Below the pieces are notes generated by a model. It had not been told where the DNA came from. It searched no databases and was given only the letters and a program-made list of their open reading frames with translations. Shown here piece by piece: positions 18,961 to 28,915 of a stretch of DNA of 64,000 nucleotides. The stretch lies in the NCBI GenBank assembly GCA_001785865.1, contig MFUZ01000002.1, forward strand, positions 22,128 to 86,127, in the 5' to 3' direction. Position 1 is the stretch's first letter. Every line of letters starts with the position of its first letter. The translations under genes were made by a program, and so were the position numbers. This stretch comes from Candidatus Nomurabacteria bacterium RIFCSPLOWO2_01_FULL_41_18. GTDB taxonomy: Bacteria > Patescibacteriota > Minisyncoccia > Phycocordibacterales > UBA9973.

Positions 18961-19602
18961 CTATTTGGTTTCTGAGAAAAACCCCAACTCTCTCGCGAAT
19001 AAAAATTTACAAATTTGAAAGATACCATAAGTGATGAAAAAGGCGGATAGGACATCTATAGAGTAATGGATGTGGCCCAAGAGCACCACAATGGCAAAAA
19101 GGATGGAGAATCCGAGGAAGATGGATTTTAGGTTTTTTTCTTTCCAGAACATGAGTGCGAGAAGGAAGGGCAGGCCGGTGTGTCCGGAAAAGAAAAGGTC
19201 GTTGCCGGTAAAAATGCCGGTAAAAACGGGATGATTTAAAAAAGATGATTCGATGATTATGTGGGTGGGAAAAGCGCTGATGTGGGTCAGGATGACAAAA
19301 AGCGATCTGATCAAGGTGAAGAGCGCGATGCTTTTCATCATAAAGGGCAGCAGATTGGGCCTTTTAAGCCCAACAAAGATACCTACAAAAAGAAGCAAGA
19401 AAGAGCCGTATATGAAAATCCCTTCCACGTCATATGCTCGGATATTGCTCAAGATCAGGTCGGCCACCGGAGTGCTCGGCAGACTGTTTACATAACCGCT
19501 TACAAAAAACTGAGCGACGAGGCTGGTCACGAGCAAAATCAGGCCGCCGAAAAATGATATTAGGAAATTTTTGTTCGAAAAGTAAGTTTTATAAGATTGC
19601 AT
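18961..19602 (-). CDS. PAP2-superfamily membrane protein, sphingomyelin-synthase-like C-terminal domain
   Basis: DLFFSGHT and HIHYSIDV motifs, ~6 TM segments. Confidence 0.8.
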   Translation of the reverse strand: MQSYKTYFSNKNFLISFFGGLILLVTSLVAQFFVSGYVNSLPSTPVADLILSNIRAYDVEGIFIYGSFLLLFVGIFVGLKRPNLLPFMMKSIALFTLIRSLFVILTHISAFPTHIIIESSFLNHPVFTGIFTGNDLFFSGHTGLPFLLALMFWKEKNLKSIFLGFSILFAIVVLLGHIHYSIDVLSAFFITYGIFQICKFLFARELGFFSETK

Positions 19603-19606
19603 ATGT

Positions 19607-20422
19607 CTATTGTAGCAGATTTTTATTTTTTTCTATAAAAGACTCTATGGCTTTGGACATTTCTTTTACGGCGTTGTGGTGAATATCGTGATCAAAATTT
19701 GGGATACTTACAAATTCAGAATTTTTCATTTTTTTAGAAAAAGCAAGAGCATTCTTTATGGGAACAAATGAATCTTTTTCGCCATGCATGATTAATGTCG
19801 GCACATTTATTTTTTCAAAAGAGTATTCCTGTCCAGGAATAAAAGATTGTCTTAGGGTAAAAAGGTGTGCACGCAGTCCAGTATTTCTCATGTCTGCAAA
19901 ATTTCGTTCAATACTCCAATCGGAATTTTTTATTTTACTGTAGTCAACGTGTCCACGAGGCCTTGGATTAAAAGGCAAGAAACTTATCATACTTGTTAAT
20001 ATTTTTAGAATCGGTCGACCTATTTTTAATATAAATGCATCGTCTTCATAATTTTCAACAGAGGTAAAGATAAGGGCAGTAACGGTTTCTCTATATTGTT
20101 TTATATACTCTCGTGCTATCAGTGTAGCGAAGGAGCTACTAAGTAGAATGAATTTTGAAATTTTAAGATATATTATCAGATCATGAAAATCTTGGACAAA
20201 TTTCTTCACCTCATAATCAGAGTAGTTAGGATATTTCTTTGACATTCCATGTCCACGTATATCGTATGTTACGATATTGTATTTTTCTTCGAATATTTTC
20301 TCGTAGGGAAGCCAGGCGGAAGAAGATCCGGAAACTCCGTGAACAAAAACTAGGGTCAACCTTTCCGGCTTGAATTCATTCGTCCTATAATAAATTCTAT
20401 CTTCAAAATAGTATTCTTTCAT
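19607..20422 (-). CDS. Alpha/beta-fold hydrolase
   Basis: FVHGVSGS, YDIRGHGMS, atypical elbow SSSFA, PTLIMHGEKD, C-terminal His. Confidence 0.85.
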   Translation of the reverse strand: MKEYYFEDRIYYRTNEFKPERLTLVFVHGVSGSSSAWLPYEKIFEEKYNIVTYDIRGHGMSKKYPNYSDYEVKKFVQDFHDLIIYLKISKFILLSSSFATLIAREYIKQYRETVTALIFTSVENYEDDAFILKIGRPILKILTSMISFLPFNPRPRGHVDYSKIKNSDWSIERNFADMRNTGLRAHLFTLRQSFIPGQEYSFEKINVPTLIMHGEKDSFVPIKNALAFSKKMKNSEFVSIPNFDHDIHHNAVKEMSKAIESFIEKNKNLLQ

Positions 20423-21603
20423 TATTTATTCAATGCTAAATAATAAACTTCTTCCAATAAACCGATGCTGGTCTCAATATCATAACGCTTGATGTTGGCA
20501 AAACTCGCCTCGCCGTGCTTTTTTCGGAGTTCCGGGTCACCTATCAGTTTAGACACTTGTCGCGCCAAGTCCTCATGGTCCTCCGACTTGAATAGAAATC
20601 CGTTACCGTCGACGAAGTATCGGGAAGCGCTCATTTCCGCATCCGAAATTACGATGGGCTTGCCACAAGCCATGGCCTCCAGGACCACCATCCCTTCGAG
20701 TTCTGCCAATGAGGGTAGAACGAAAATGTCGCTCGCATTGTAGGCTAGGATCTTGTCTTCTTCGTCTATTAGTCCCAAAAAAGTGACATGTTTGCGGACT
20801 CCGAGGCGATCTGTCAGTTTTTCTAGTTTAGGCCGGAGATGTCCGCCTCCTACTATCATCACGTGTGTGTTCGGGTGCTCTTTTATTATCTGAGGGATCG
20901 CTTTGATGAGCGTATCGATGGATTTCTCCGGATACAATCTGCCCACAAAAAGCAGTTTTATTTTATCTGCGGGGATGCCGTATCTCTCATAAAAATCTCC
21001 AATTTTCGCCGGTCCGAACTCTTTTAGATTGATACCGTTGCTGATCACTGCCGAAGGCTGGTTCGGGTCGCTTAATTTCGAGAGCAAACCACGCGCCATC
21101 TCTGTCGGGTAGATGAGCGATTCTGCTTTGCCATAAGTCCAGGCCAAATATTTATTCCAAATTTTGCCGAGCGCGGGCTGGATTATTTTTGGCATATCCA
21201 TGAACAGATTTTCCGGCTGGGAATGCGAATGCGCCACTATTTTTATGTTCAAGGCCTTGGCCGCTTTGATCGCGACTATAGAGCCGGACATAGGGAGGAG
21301 GATGTGAACCACGTCTATCTTTTCGTCGAGGAAAACTTTCTTCAGTTGTTGCACCGTCGGGAAAGCGAGATGCCATCCGCCCGACTTTGGCACTGGCAGG
21401 CTTCGGTATCGATAAGCTTTTACGTCGTCATGATAGCTATGATCTTTGTGTTCTTTAGACCTTGCTCCGATAAAGATGACATGGTGTCCGCGCTCCTTCA
21501 ATAATTTTCCGAAGCGCATCGTCGAAACCACGACCCCAGATTTATTTTCTCCGATCGGATCGCAGACCATCGCGATATTAAGTTTTTTATTTCGCGATTG
21601 CAT
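20422..21603 (-). CDS. GT4 glycosyltransferase (diacylglycerol glucosyltransferase-like)
   Basis: SGVVVS, ISNGI, FVGRLYPEK, PSLAELEGMVVLEAMACGKPIV. Confidence 0.88.
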   Translation of the reverse strand: MQSRNKKLNIAMVCDPIGENKSGVVVSTMRFGKLLKERGHHVIFIGARSKEHKDHSYHDDVKAYRYRSLPVPKSGGWHLAFPTVQQLKKVFLDEKIDVVHILLPMSGSIVAIKAAKALNIKIVAHSHSQPENLFMDMPKIIQPALGKIWNKYLAWTYGKAESLIYPTEMARGLLSKLSDPNQPSAVISNGINLKEFGPAKIGDFYERYGIPADKIKLLFVGRLYPEKSIDTLIKAIPQIIKEHPNTHVMIVGGGHLRPKLEKLTDRLGVRKHVTFLGLIDEEDKILAYNASDIFVLPSLAELEGMVVLEAMACGKPIVISDAEMSASRYFVDGNGFLFKSEDHEDLARQVSKLIGDPELRKKHGEASFANIKRYDIETSIGLLEEVYYLALNK

Positions 21604-22163
21604 TACAAACTTATTTTCTGATTTTTCTTTTTTCTATAATACTGAAAAAGTATGAAGAGTATGATGAATATTCCGACGATGCTTGTCCCCGCAGTGTAAT
21701 AATCCATATATTTACCGATGAGCATGTATGACCCTCCGAAGAATATGCCGAGGAGGATCATGATGAAGGACTGCCCGAGCGAATACAGAGCGCATGTCTT
21801 GAAATATCTTTTATAGGGCACGTGGAGCGCTCCGGCGGCCATGAGTCCCGCCGTGCCTATGCCCCACATTATTTTAGAACCAGCGATAGCTTTCTTGTGA
21901 TTGTTCTCATATAAAATTTTTGCTTTTTCTATTTTTTCTTCACTTATTTTAAAATAACGCAACAAACCTTTCCCAGAATAGCCTATGAAATAATATATTG
22001 CGTCTCCGATGATGTCTCCGGCCACCATCACCGCGAAAACTAGCAGGGGATTGAAAACCCCAAGCGTCGTCAAAAATCCGCATATCACAGATACGATCGG
22101 GCCTTCGATAATGGCGAGTGGAACGACTATGAGGTATTTATATGTGAGCAAAAGTTCAACCAT
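21603..22163 (-). CDS. DedA/VTT-domain membrane protein
   Basis: IEGP..G, GDIIGDAIYYFIG, AAGALHVPYKRY. Confidence 0.85.
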   Translation of the reverse strand: MVELLLTYKYLIVVPLAIIEGPIVSVICGFLTTLGVFNPLLVFAVMVAGDIIGDAIYYFIGYSGKGLLRYFKISEEKIEKAKILYENNHKKAIAGSKIMWGIGTAGLMAAGALHVPYKRYFKTCALYSLGQSFIMILLGIFFGGSYMLIGKYMDYYTAGTSIVGIFIILFILFQYYRKKKNQKISL

Positions 22164-22206
22164 ATAATATAAAGCATTATATGGTATTTTGGTGATTTAT
22201 AATCTA

Positions 22207-22235
22207 TTGACAGTTAAGTAAAAAAGGAGTATAAT
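22207..22235 (+). promoter_or_regulatory. Perfect consensus sigma70 promoter
   Basis: TTGACA, 17 nt, TATAAT. Confidence 0.85.
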
Positions 22236-22307
22236 ATATGGAAGTGAACAAATTGTCGGGAAGCGTCTAAAAACACTAGCCCAAAACAAAATAAAAAGGA
22301 GAGAACC

Positions 22308-22742
22308 ATGACAAAAACCAAAAGACTCGTAGGACTCAGGTGTGTTAAGGTCGTTCAGCTTAAGGCGACCAATGGAAAAGAAATGATCGCAACAGCAGGC
22401 AAAATCTTCCCTGGTGGTATTTTTGGCAAAGTCGAACCGGAAGGCAAGTCAATGCCGACTGAAATGACGCAGGTGGTTGTTTATAAGATTACCAAGAATA
22501 ATACCACAGAGCAATTCGTTGAACGGCTGGGAAGCCAAAAGCCTTGGCAGGATTCACAAATCTTGGCGTTTTGCCGCGATTATCCTTACTGGGTTCCCGG
22601 TACTTCTTTCTTGCTCGAAGCGGCAGATGGAACGCTTTTTGTCGTCAGCACTGGCATTGATGCGGTGGTCATCGGTCCCTTTGATCGAGTCAAGACCTAT
22701 CCTGCCGTGGTTGGACGTAATATTGCGGTTCTGAAACTTTAA
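22308..22742 (+). CDS. Hypothetical protein
   Basis: AGGAG SD upstream and consensus promoter; no recognised family. Confidence 0.65.
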   Translation: MTKTKRLVGLRCVKVVQLKATNGKEMIATAGKIFPGGIFGKVEPEGKSMPTEMTQVVVYKITKNNTTEQFVERLGSQKPWQDSQILAFCRDYPYWVPGTSFLLEAADGTLFVVSTGIDAVVIGPFDRVKTYPAVVGRNIAVLKL

Positions 22743-22749
22743 CAACTAT

Positions 22750-22881
22750 ATGATCTTGTTCTCCCTGAAAATATTAGGATCTGCAGTTTGTTTGGCACTC
22801 TTAGTGATAGTTTTAATTGACCTGCGCAAAAATTGGCGAGAGAGTCGTCAAGCAAAAAAAGAAAATGATCGGAATGTGTAA
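22750..22881 (+). CDS. Small 43-aa single-TM protein (below ORF-track cutoff)
   Basis: MILFSLKILGSAVCLALLVIVLIDLRKNWRESRQAKKENDRNV; starts 7 nt after the previous stop. Confidence 0.5.
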   Translation: MILFSLKILGSAVCLALLVIVLIDLRKNWRESRQAKKENDRNV

Positions 22882-22902
22882 TAAACTAATCAGCAAACAA
22901 TC

Positions 22903-22948
22903 AAACCCCGAAAGGAGTGGAAAATGAAAACCGCTCGTTCGGGGTTTT
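22903..22948 (+). terminator. Probable intrinsic terminator
   Basis: AAACCCCGAA..GAGTGG..CCGCTC..TTCGGGGTTTT stem. Confidence 0.55.
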
Positions 22949-22969
22949 CATTTTGCCAATTTTACAGTT

Positions 22970-22999
22970 GCGTAATGGCAACGGCCGTTGCCATTACGC
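22970..22999. repeat. Perfect 30-bp palindrome
   Basis: GCGTAATGGCAACGGCCGTTGCCATTACGC between convergent genes. Confidence 0.85.
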
Positions 23000-23016
23000 T
23001 ATTATGTTTTATGCTG

Positions 23017-23688
23017 CTAATGCGCTACGGTGAAGGCGATGATTTTGCGGGCGCCGGATTTCTTTAAAACTTTTCGGGCCTCGTTCAACGTTGCACCAGT
23101 GGTGGTGATGTCATCTATTAAAATTATGTTTCTATTTTTTAATAATTCTTTATTTTTATTTTCATCCTTTATCGCAAAAGAGCCGACAATGTTTTTCAAA
23201 CGTTGCGCCCGGTTTTCGATGCGAGCTTGGTGTTCTGTTTCTTTTGGTTTTATTAGAATATTATTTTCTAATTGCATATTTACGCTATCGCGCATATCAT
23301 TGATTTTCATCAATTCCCTGCAGATCAATTCCGCCTGGTTGTATCCGCGCTCCCGGTATCTTTTTGCTGAGAGGGGAATGGGGATTAAAATTGGGTTACG
23401 AAAGTTTTCCATGACCGACAGTTCCGACAATTCCTCCATTATATTTTCATAAAGAATTTCTGCGAAGACACGGGCGAGCTGTCTCTTGCCTTTGTACTTG
23501 AATATCCATAGAGCCTTCTTGATTGGCGGATGGCGATAGTCAAAGAGGGGGAAAATCCATTTTACGGTTTCTCTTTCTGCTGTTTTTGAGTTTGTGAGGC
23601 ACTCTATGCATAAGTCACCTCCGCCTCGTCCGCAGGAGATGCATTTGGCGGGGAAAATGATGTCTAATATAGTGTTTAAAAACAACAT
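23017..23688 (-). CDS. comF: ComF-family competence protein (Zn ribbon plus PRTase)
   Basis: FPAKCISC..CIEC, PIPLSAKRYRERGYNQA, LIDDITTTGATL. Confidence 0.9.
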   Translation of the reverse strand: MLFLNTILDIIFPAKCISCGRGGGDLCIECLTNSKTAERETVKWIFPLFDYRHPPIKKALWIFKYKGKRQLARVFAEILYENIMEELSELSVMENFRNPILIPIPLSAKRYRERGYNQAELICRELMKINDMRDSVNMQLENNILIKPKETEHQARIENRAQRLKNIVGSFAIKDENKNKELLKNRNIILIDDITTTGATLNEARKVLKKSGARKIIAFTVAH

Positions 23689-23724
23689 AGTGTGCTATAA
23701 TATTAGCACAAAAGAAGATTCCCA

Positions 23725-24864
23725 ATGAACAACATAATGAACAAAATCATAGACAGTATCGGTAGCCTCGCGGGCGGCAAAGAGGACGGAGCTATCGGCA
23801 TTGATATCGGTTCTTCCGCTATCAAGGTAGTGGAAATAAAAAGAAAAGGGGGGAGGACGGTCTTGGAAACATATGGCGCGGTGTCGCTTGGGCCCTATGA
23901 CGGTTTGGATGTGGGCCGGGTAACCAACCTTTCGGTAGAAAAAATAGCTACCGCACTGAAAGAAGTTTTAAAACAGTCGGGAGTAACTGCCACTTCCGGA
24001 GCTTTCTCCATTCCCATACAATCCAGTCTGATCTTCAATATCGACCTGCCGACCACAGTGAAAGAAAGCGAGATGTCGACGATCATCCCGACCGAGGCTC
24101 GCAAGTACATCCCGGTGCCGATCACCGAAGTATCGCTCGATTATTTCCGTCTGCCACAAAAAGAATCCTCTTTCGAGGAGATGAATATGACGAATGAAAA
24201 TTCAGACATCCCGCAAAAGCCGGTAGACAAGACGAGCGTCCTCGTGGTCGCGACCCAAAACGATGCGATAGCAAAATATCGCTCCATTGTTTCGCAGTGT
24301 TCACTATCGGCTTCTTTTTTCGAGATCGAAATATTTTCCTCGATCAGGGCAAATTTTGAGCACGAGCTTTCCCCGGTTCTCCTGATGGACTTCGGCGCTT
24401 CCCGCACCAAGCTTTCCATCGTCGAATTTGGCACAATCAAAAATTATCACACTATCGACAGAGGAGGCGCGGACATCACGGACTCTATTGCGAAATCCTT
24501 AAGCATACCTTTCAGCGAGGCGGAAAAATTAAAAAAAGAATTCGGACTTTTCGGCAATCCGGTCGAAAAAACTTTGCCGGACATCATCAAGATCCATATT
24601 GATTACATCTTTGCCGAAACCAATAACGTGCTACTCGGATACGAAAAGAAATATAACAAGATCATAAGCAAAGTGATATTTACCGGGGGCGGGTCGCTCC
24701 TAAAGGGGCTCTCGGAAGTAGCGGCAAATAATTTTCGCGCCGAGATCGAGACTGGCCATCCTTTCAGCAAAGTGAATGCTCCGGAGTTTTTGAATAAAGT
24801 TCTTGAGACCATGGGCCCCGAATTCGCAGTGGCGCTCGGACTTGCGCTAAGAAAATTACAGTAA
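23725..24864 (+). CDS. pilM: Type IV pilus assembly protein PilM
   Basis: IGIDIGSSAIKVVE, EARKYIP, MDFGASRT, FTGGGS, AVALGLALR. Confidence 0.92.
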   Translation: MNNIMNKIIDSIGSLAGGKEDGAIGIDIGSSAIKVVEIKRKGGRTVLETYGAVSLGPYDGLDVGRVTNLSVEKIATALKEVLKQSGVTATSGAFSIPIQSSLIFNIDLPTTVKESEMSTIIPTEARKYIPVPITEVSLDYFRLPQKESSFEEMNMTNENSDIPQKPVDKTSVLVVATQNDAIAKYRSIVSQCSLSASFFEIEIFSSIRANFEHELSPVLLMDFGASRTKLSIVEFGTIKNYHTIDRGGADITDSIAKSLSIPFSEAEKLKKEFGLFGNPVEKTLPDIIKIHIDYIFAETNNVLLGYEKKYNKIISKVIFTGGGSLLKGLSEVAANNFRAEIETGHPFSKVNAPEFLNKVLETMGPEFAVALGLALRKLQ

Positions 24865-24872
24865 ACGAGTAA

Positions 24873-24912
24873 AGTCCGACGCAAGGTCGGACTCCGACCG
24901 AAACGCCGGAGT
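24873..24912. repeat. Intergenic double-hairpin palindrome
   Basis: AGTCCGAC GCAAG GTCGGACT overlapping ACTCCG..CGGAGT. Confidence 0.65.
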
Positions 24913-24966
24913 TATACACATTTTACTTCTTTTATATTTGCTTTTGTAATATAATAGTAGAGTACA

Positions 24967-25608
24967 ATGGAACCGAATTTTCAAACATCATTTATACCCA
25001 AGAAACCAATAGTAGAGGAACATGCAGTTGCAGGCAGATCGATTGGTTTTTTTACTATCATTTCTATTTTTGTCCTGTTTACCGTGCTTCTCGCGACCGG
25101 AGGACTTTTTTTCTATAAAGGGATATTAAAAAAAACAATTGTTGAAAAAGAAAAGAGCCTGACTTTGGCCAAAGAGGATTTTGAACCCGCGAAAATACTT
25201 CAGCTTCAAACATTAGAAAAACGCCTGAATGCAGCGAATGAAATTCTAACTGGCCACATAGCTATCACGCCTGTTTTTCAGGCGCTTTCGGCCATTACCA
25301 TGAAAACCGTTCGATTTACCAAATTTACTTACGGTCTTGAGGATATAAAAGATTCGAAAGTAAATATCAAAATGGCGGGCGTGGCTGTCGGCTATCGCTC
25401 GATCGCGCTCCAGTCCGATCTTTTCACTACTAGAGACGAAGGCAAGAATTTCATCGATCCTGTTTTTTCCAATCTTGCGCTTGATGATAAGGGCAACGTT
25501 CTTTTTGACCTCGAGTTTTCAGTTAATCCCGCTTTTGTAGATTACAAGACTACACTAAATACTGATATAGATACAGAAGAGGAGGGGGGAGAGGAAGATG
25601 CAAGCTAA
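24967..25608 (+). CDS. PilN-like pilus assembly protein
   Basis: TSFIPKK N-terminus, single TM, coiled coil; lies between pilM and pilO-like gene. Confidence 0.7.
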   Translation: MEPNFQTSFIPKKPIVEEHAVAGRSIGFFTIISIFVLFTVLLATGGLFFYKGILKKTIVEKEKSLTLAKEDFEPAKILQLQTLEKRLNAANEILTGHIAITPVFQALSAITMKTVRFTKFTYGLEDIKDSKVNIKMAGVAVGYRSIALQSDLFTTRDEGKNFIDPVFSNLALDDKGNVLFDLEFSVNPAFVDYKTTLNTDIDTEEEGGEEDAS

Positions 25609-26272
25609 TTTTAATTTTATGAGATTTATTACCCCAATCATTTTAATAGGAATCAGCGTTGCGGTCTTTTTAATTTTTGCCAAGCCTTTTTATGATTCCA
25701 CTGACCCTCTTTCCCCTGGAATTATTGTATTAAAAGAGCAAATAACGTCCTATGATAAAGCTCTTGATAATAATAAAGCGTTTGAAAATATAAAAGATAA
25801 GCTGACTGAAACATATAATTCCATCAATCAAGATAATTTAATAAAACTTCAGAAATTTCTGCCTTCCGGAGTTGATAATATCCGCCTCATCCTGGAAATA
25901 GAACAGATAGCTAAACCTTACGGCATGGTCTTGAAGGATGTGAAATATAATGTGACCAAAGAAGAAGAGTCTTCTACGACCGATAAGCCGAAAGCAACAA
26001 CAGGGCAAAGAGGAGCAGTTGCCACTACTCTCACCAATAAAGACTACGGAGTCTGGGATCTCGAGTTTTCTACGACTGGCACTTACAGCAACTTTCTGAA
26101 TTTCACCCGAGATCTGGAGAAGAATCTGCGCCTGGTGGATGTGTCCTCGATCCAATTCTCGTCTGATGTTGCTCTCTCTGCGAACGCTACCGGTTCCATT
26201 TTGCCTGAAACTTACAAATACAGCTTCAAAATCAAAACTTATTGGTTGAAGAATCAAGTAAGTCAAAAATAA
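25598..26272 (+). CDS. PilO-like pilus assembly protein
   Basis: N-terminal TM, FLP, GTYSNFLNFTRDLEKNLRLVDV; start may be 25619. Confidence 0.75.
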   Translation: MQANFNFMRFITPIILIGISVAVFLIFAKPFYDSTDPLSPGIIVLKEQITSYDKALDNNKAFENIKDKLTETYNSINQDNLIKLQKFLPSGVDNIRLILEIEQIAKPYGMVLKDVKYNVTKEEESSTTDKPKATTGQRGAVATTLTNKDYGVWDLEFSTTGTYSNFLNFTRDLEKNLRLVDVSSIQFSSDVALSANATGSILPETYKYSFKIKTYWLKNQVSQK

Positions 26273-26273
26273 A

Positions 26274-26645
26274 ATGCCAAAAATGAAAAACATATTAATA
26301 TTTATAGCGATCGCGGCGATTTTCGTGGCTATCTATTTCTTCTATATCAGAAAGTCTTCAGATTCTGACAAGAATTTGGTTTCTGCTCCCGCGACTACCG
26401 CCCTTCCCGCAGCTGGATCGCCTGCTACTGGGGTTGCAGACTCAAAAATAGCTCAGGAATTCTTGAACTTGCTCCTTAGTGTTAAAAATATTAAATTAGA
26501 CGATTCTATTTTTTCGGACGAAGCTTTTGTGAGCCTGCATGATTCTAGCATCACGCTTACGCCGGACGGAAATGAAGGCAGGGTAAACCCATTTGCTCCG
26601 ATCGGCACCGACGCAGTAACAGCGGACAATCCGCCTTCAAATTAG
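26274..26645 (+). CDS. PilP-like/hypothetical pilus-cluster protein
   Basis: N-terminal TM and GRVNPFAP motif. Confidence 0.6.
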   Translation: MPKMKNILIFIAIAAIFVAIYFFYIRKSSDSDKNLVSAPATTALPAAGSPATGVADSKIAQEFLNLLLSVKNIKLDDSIFSDEAFVSLHDSSITLTPDGNEGRVNPFAPIGTDAVTADNPPSN

Positions 26646-26647
26646 CT

Positions 26648-28396
26648 ATGAGTTTTTTAGAAGAATTAGCTAAAGAAAATATAATTTCGAAGAGCCAGAT
26701 AGGCGAATTCAAGACTCTAGCCCAAGAGAAATATGCGGGGGACATAGAAGAGGCCTTGATCGGAGCCGGCATCCCAGAAGAAAAAATACTCCAAGCCAAA
26801 GGACAGTATTTGAACATGCCGATAAAGAAGGTAAACATCAAAGACACTTCTTTTGAAGCATTGAAATATATTTCCGAAGATTCAGCGGTGCATTATCACT
26901 TTGCTCCGATCAACATTCAGGATGGGGTTTTGGAAGTAGGGGTCACAAATCCGGAAAATATCCAGGCCATGGACGCGCTCCAATTCATTTCTGCCAAACT
27001 AGGCATCCCATTCAAGATATATCTAATATCCAAAACCGATTACGAAGTCATCATGCAGACCTACAAAGGCATCTCGAGCCAGGTGGAGGAAGCGCTACAT
27101 GAGCTTAATCAGGAAGAAGCCAAAGAGCTGAGCGAAGAAAATTTAAGCAAAGAGATCAAAAATATCAAAAAGGGAGAGAAGGGTGAGGAAGCAAAGATAG
27201 TTGAAGATGCGCCGATAATCAAAATGGTGGCTGTGATCCTGCGCAATGCCATCGAAGGAGGCGCTTCCGATATCCATATTGAGTATACCGGAGAGAAAGT
27301 GAAGGTGCGCTTCCGCGTGGATGGAGTCCTGCATACTAGCATCGTATTGCCGTCCTCCGTTTATACCGGAATAGTGGCGCGTATAAAAATCTTGGCAAAA
27401 TTGAGGCTGGACGAAAAAAGAAAACCACAAGACAATTCCTTCAGCACCACTTTTGATGGACGCAAGATAGATTTCCGTGTGTCTACCATGCCCGCATACT
27501 ACGGCGAGAAAGTTGTTATGCGTATCTTGGATACTGAAAAGGGGGTCAAGCCTCTAGATCAGCTCGGCTTGTCGGAAACCAATTTGAATATGATCCGGGA
27601 GGCCATCAAGCGCCCTTACGGTCTTATTTTGATTACCGGTCCGACCGGCTCCGGAAAATCCACAACTTTGTATTCGATGATGAACGAGCTTAATAAAGAA
27701 GAAAGCAACATCGTCTCCTTGGAGGACCCAGTCGAGTATCACATGCCTGACATCAACCAATCTCAAATGATGTCGGAGATTGGTTATACGTTTGCTTCCG
27801 CTTTGCGCTCCATTCTGCGTCAAGACCCAGATATAATCATGGTCGGAGAAATACGCGACAAAGAAACAGCACAGCTTGCCATTCAGGCGGCTTTGACCGG
27901 GCATCTGGTTATTTCCACTCTCCACACCAACAATGCGATCGGCGCGATCCCAAGGCTCGTAGACATGGGCGTCGATCCGTATCTGATTGCGCCGACCCTG
28001 ATCCTGTCCGTAGCTCAGCGTCTCGCCAGGATGACTTGCCCTAGTTCGCGCAAGCTTGTGCCGATGGAAGCGACCATCAAAGCGCAGATCGATCAGCAAT
28101 TGAAAGATCTACCGGATGAATTTAAAAAGGAACTCGGGATAAAAGGGGAAAGGTATGAGACTGTGCCTTCTGGCGAATGTCCTTCCGGTACGAGAGGTCG
28201 TATCGCAATTTTTGAAATGTTCAAAATAGACAAAGAGATGCAAGATGTAATATTGAAGAGCCCAACAAACGGAGAGATTTATAAGGTGGCTCGCAAGCAC
28301 GGCATGCTAACGATGAAGGAAGATGCCATATTTAAATCATTAAAAGGTGTCATTCCTTTTACTGAAGTTTATAATTTTAACACTGAAAGCGAGTAA
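26648..28396 (+). CDS. pilB: GspE/PilB-family pilus assembly ATPase
   Basis: ASDIHIE, RFRVDG, TGPTGSGKST, EDPVE, LRQDPDIIMVGEIRD, TGHLVISTLH. Confidence 0.92.
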   Translation: MSFLEELAKENIISKSQIGEFKTLAQEKYAGDIEEALIGAGIPEEKILQAKGQYLNMPIKKVNIKDTSFEALKYISEDSAVHYHFAPINIQDGVLEVGVTNPENIQAMDALQFISAKLGIPFKIYLISKTDYEVIMQTYKGISSQVEEALHELNQEEAKELSEENLSKEIKNIKKGEKGEEAKIVEDAPIIKMVAVILRNAIEGGASDIHIEYTGEKVKVRFRVDGVLHTSIVLPSSVYTGIVARIKILAKLRLDEKRKPQDNSFSTTFDGRKIDFRVSTMPAYYGEKVVMRILDTEKGVKPLDQLGLSETNLNMIREAIKRPYGLILITGPTGSGKSTTLYSMMNELNKEESNIVSLEDPVEYHMPDINQSQMMSEIGYTFASALRSILRQDPDIIMVGEIRDKETAQLAIQAALTGHLVISTLHTNNAIGAIPRLVDMGVDPYLIAPTLILSVAQRLARMTCPSSRKLVPMEATIKAQIDQQLKDLPDEFKKELGIKGERYETVPSGECPSGTRGRIAIFEMFKIDKEMQDVILKSPTNGEIYKVARKHGMLTMKEDAIFKSLKGVIPFTEVYNFNTESE

Positions 28397-28399
28397 AAT

Positions 28400-28488
28400 T
28401 TCCCCCTCCTTAATAAGGAGGGGAACAAGGGGAGGTTCTTAAAGAATTTACCTCTCCCCAGCCCTCTCCTTGTAAAGGAGAGGGGGAA
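28400..28488. repeat. Family A REP doublet (REPIN-like inverted pair)
   Basis: CCCCCTCCTTAATAAGGAGGGG..GGGGAGGT / ACCTCTCCCC..CCCTCTCCTTGTAAAGGAGAGGG. Confidence 0.8.
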
Positions 28489-28508
28489 AGTAGTATAATA
28501 TGCTTTAT

Positions 28509-28910
28509 ATGGAAGGACAAAAAAGAAAAATTTTTATAGTTGACGACGACAGTTTCCTTTTAGACATGTATGCGCTCAAATTTAGCCAAAACAATTTCGA
28601 AGTTTACACTGCCATGAGTGGAGAGGAGGCGATAGAGAAATTGAAAGGCGGGCTCAATCCGGATGTCGTGCTGGCAGATATAATCATGCCTGGCATTAAT
28701 GGTTTTGAGATGCTGGCGCAGTTAAATTCGGAAAATTTATCCTCGAACTCTTTGAAGATAGTTTTGTCCAACAAGAGCCAGCAGTCGGATATAGAAGAGA
28801 GTAAGAAGCTCGGGGTGGCAGGTTATATTGTCAAAGCGAATTCTACCCCAGCGGAGGTTATCAATCAGGTCATTAGTATCGTATCGGCGAAAGTCGGGGC
28901 TCCTAAATAA
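28509..28910 (+). CDS. Single-domain response regulator (CheY-like)
   Basis: IVDDD, DVVLADIIMPGINGFE, LSN, YIVK. Confidence 0.9.
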   Translation: MEGQKRKIFIVDDDSFLLDMYALKFSQNNFEVYTAMSGEEAIEKLKGGLNPDVVLADIIMPGINGFEMLAQLNSENLSSNSLKIVLSNKSQQSDIEESKKLGVAGYIVKANSTPAEVINQVISIVSAKVGAPK

Positions 28911-28915
28911 AAAAT

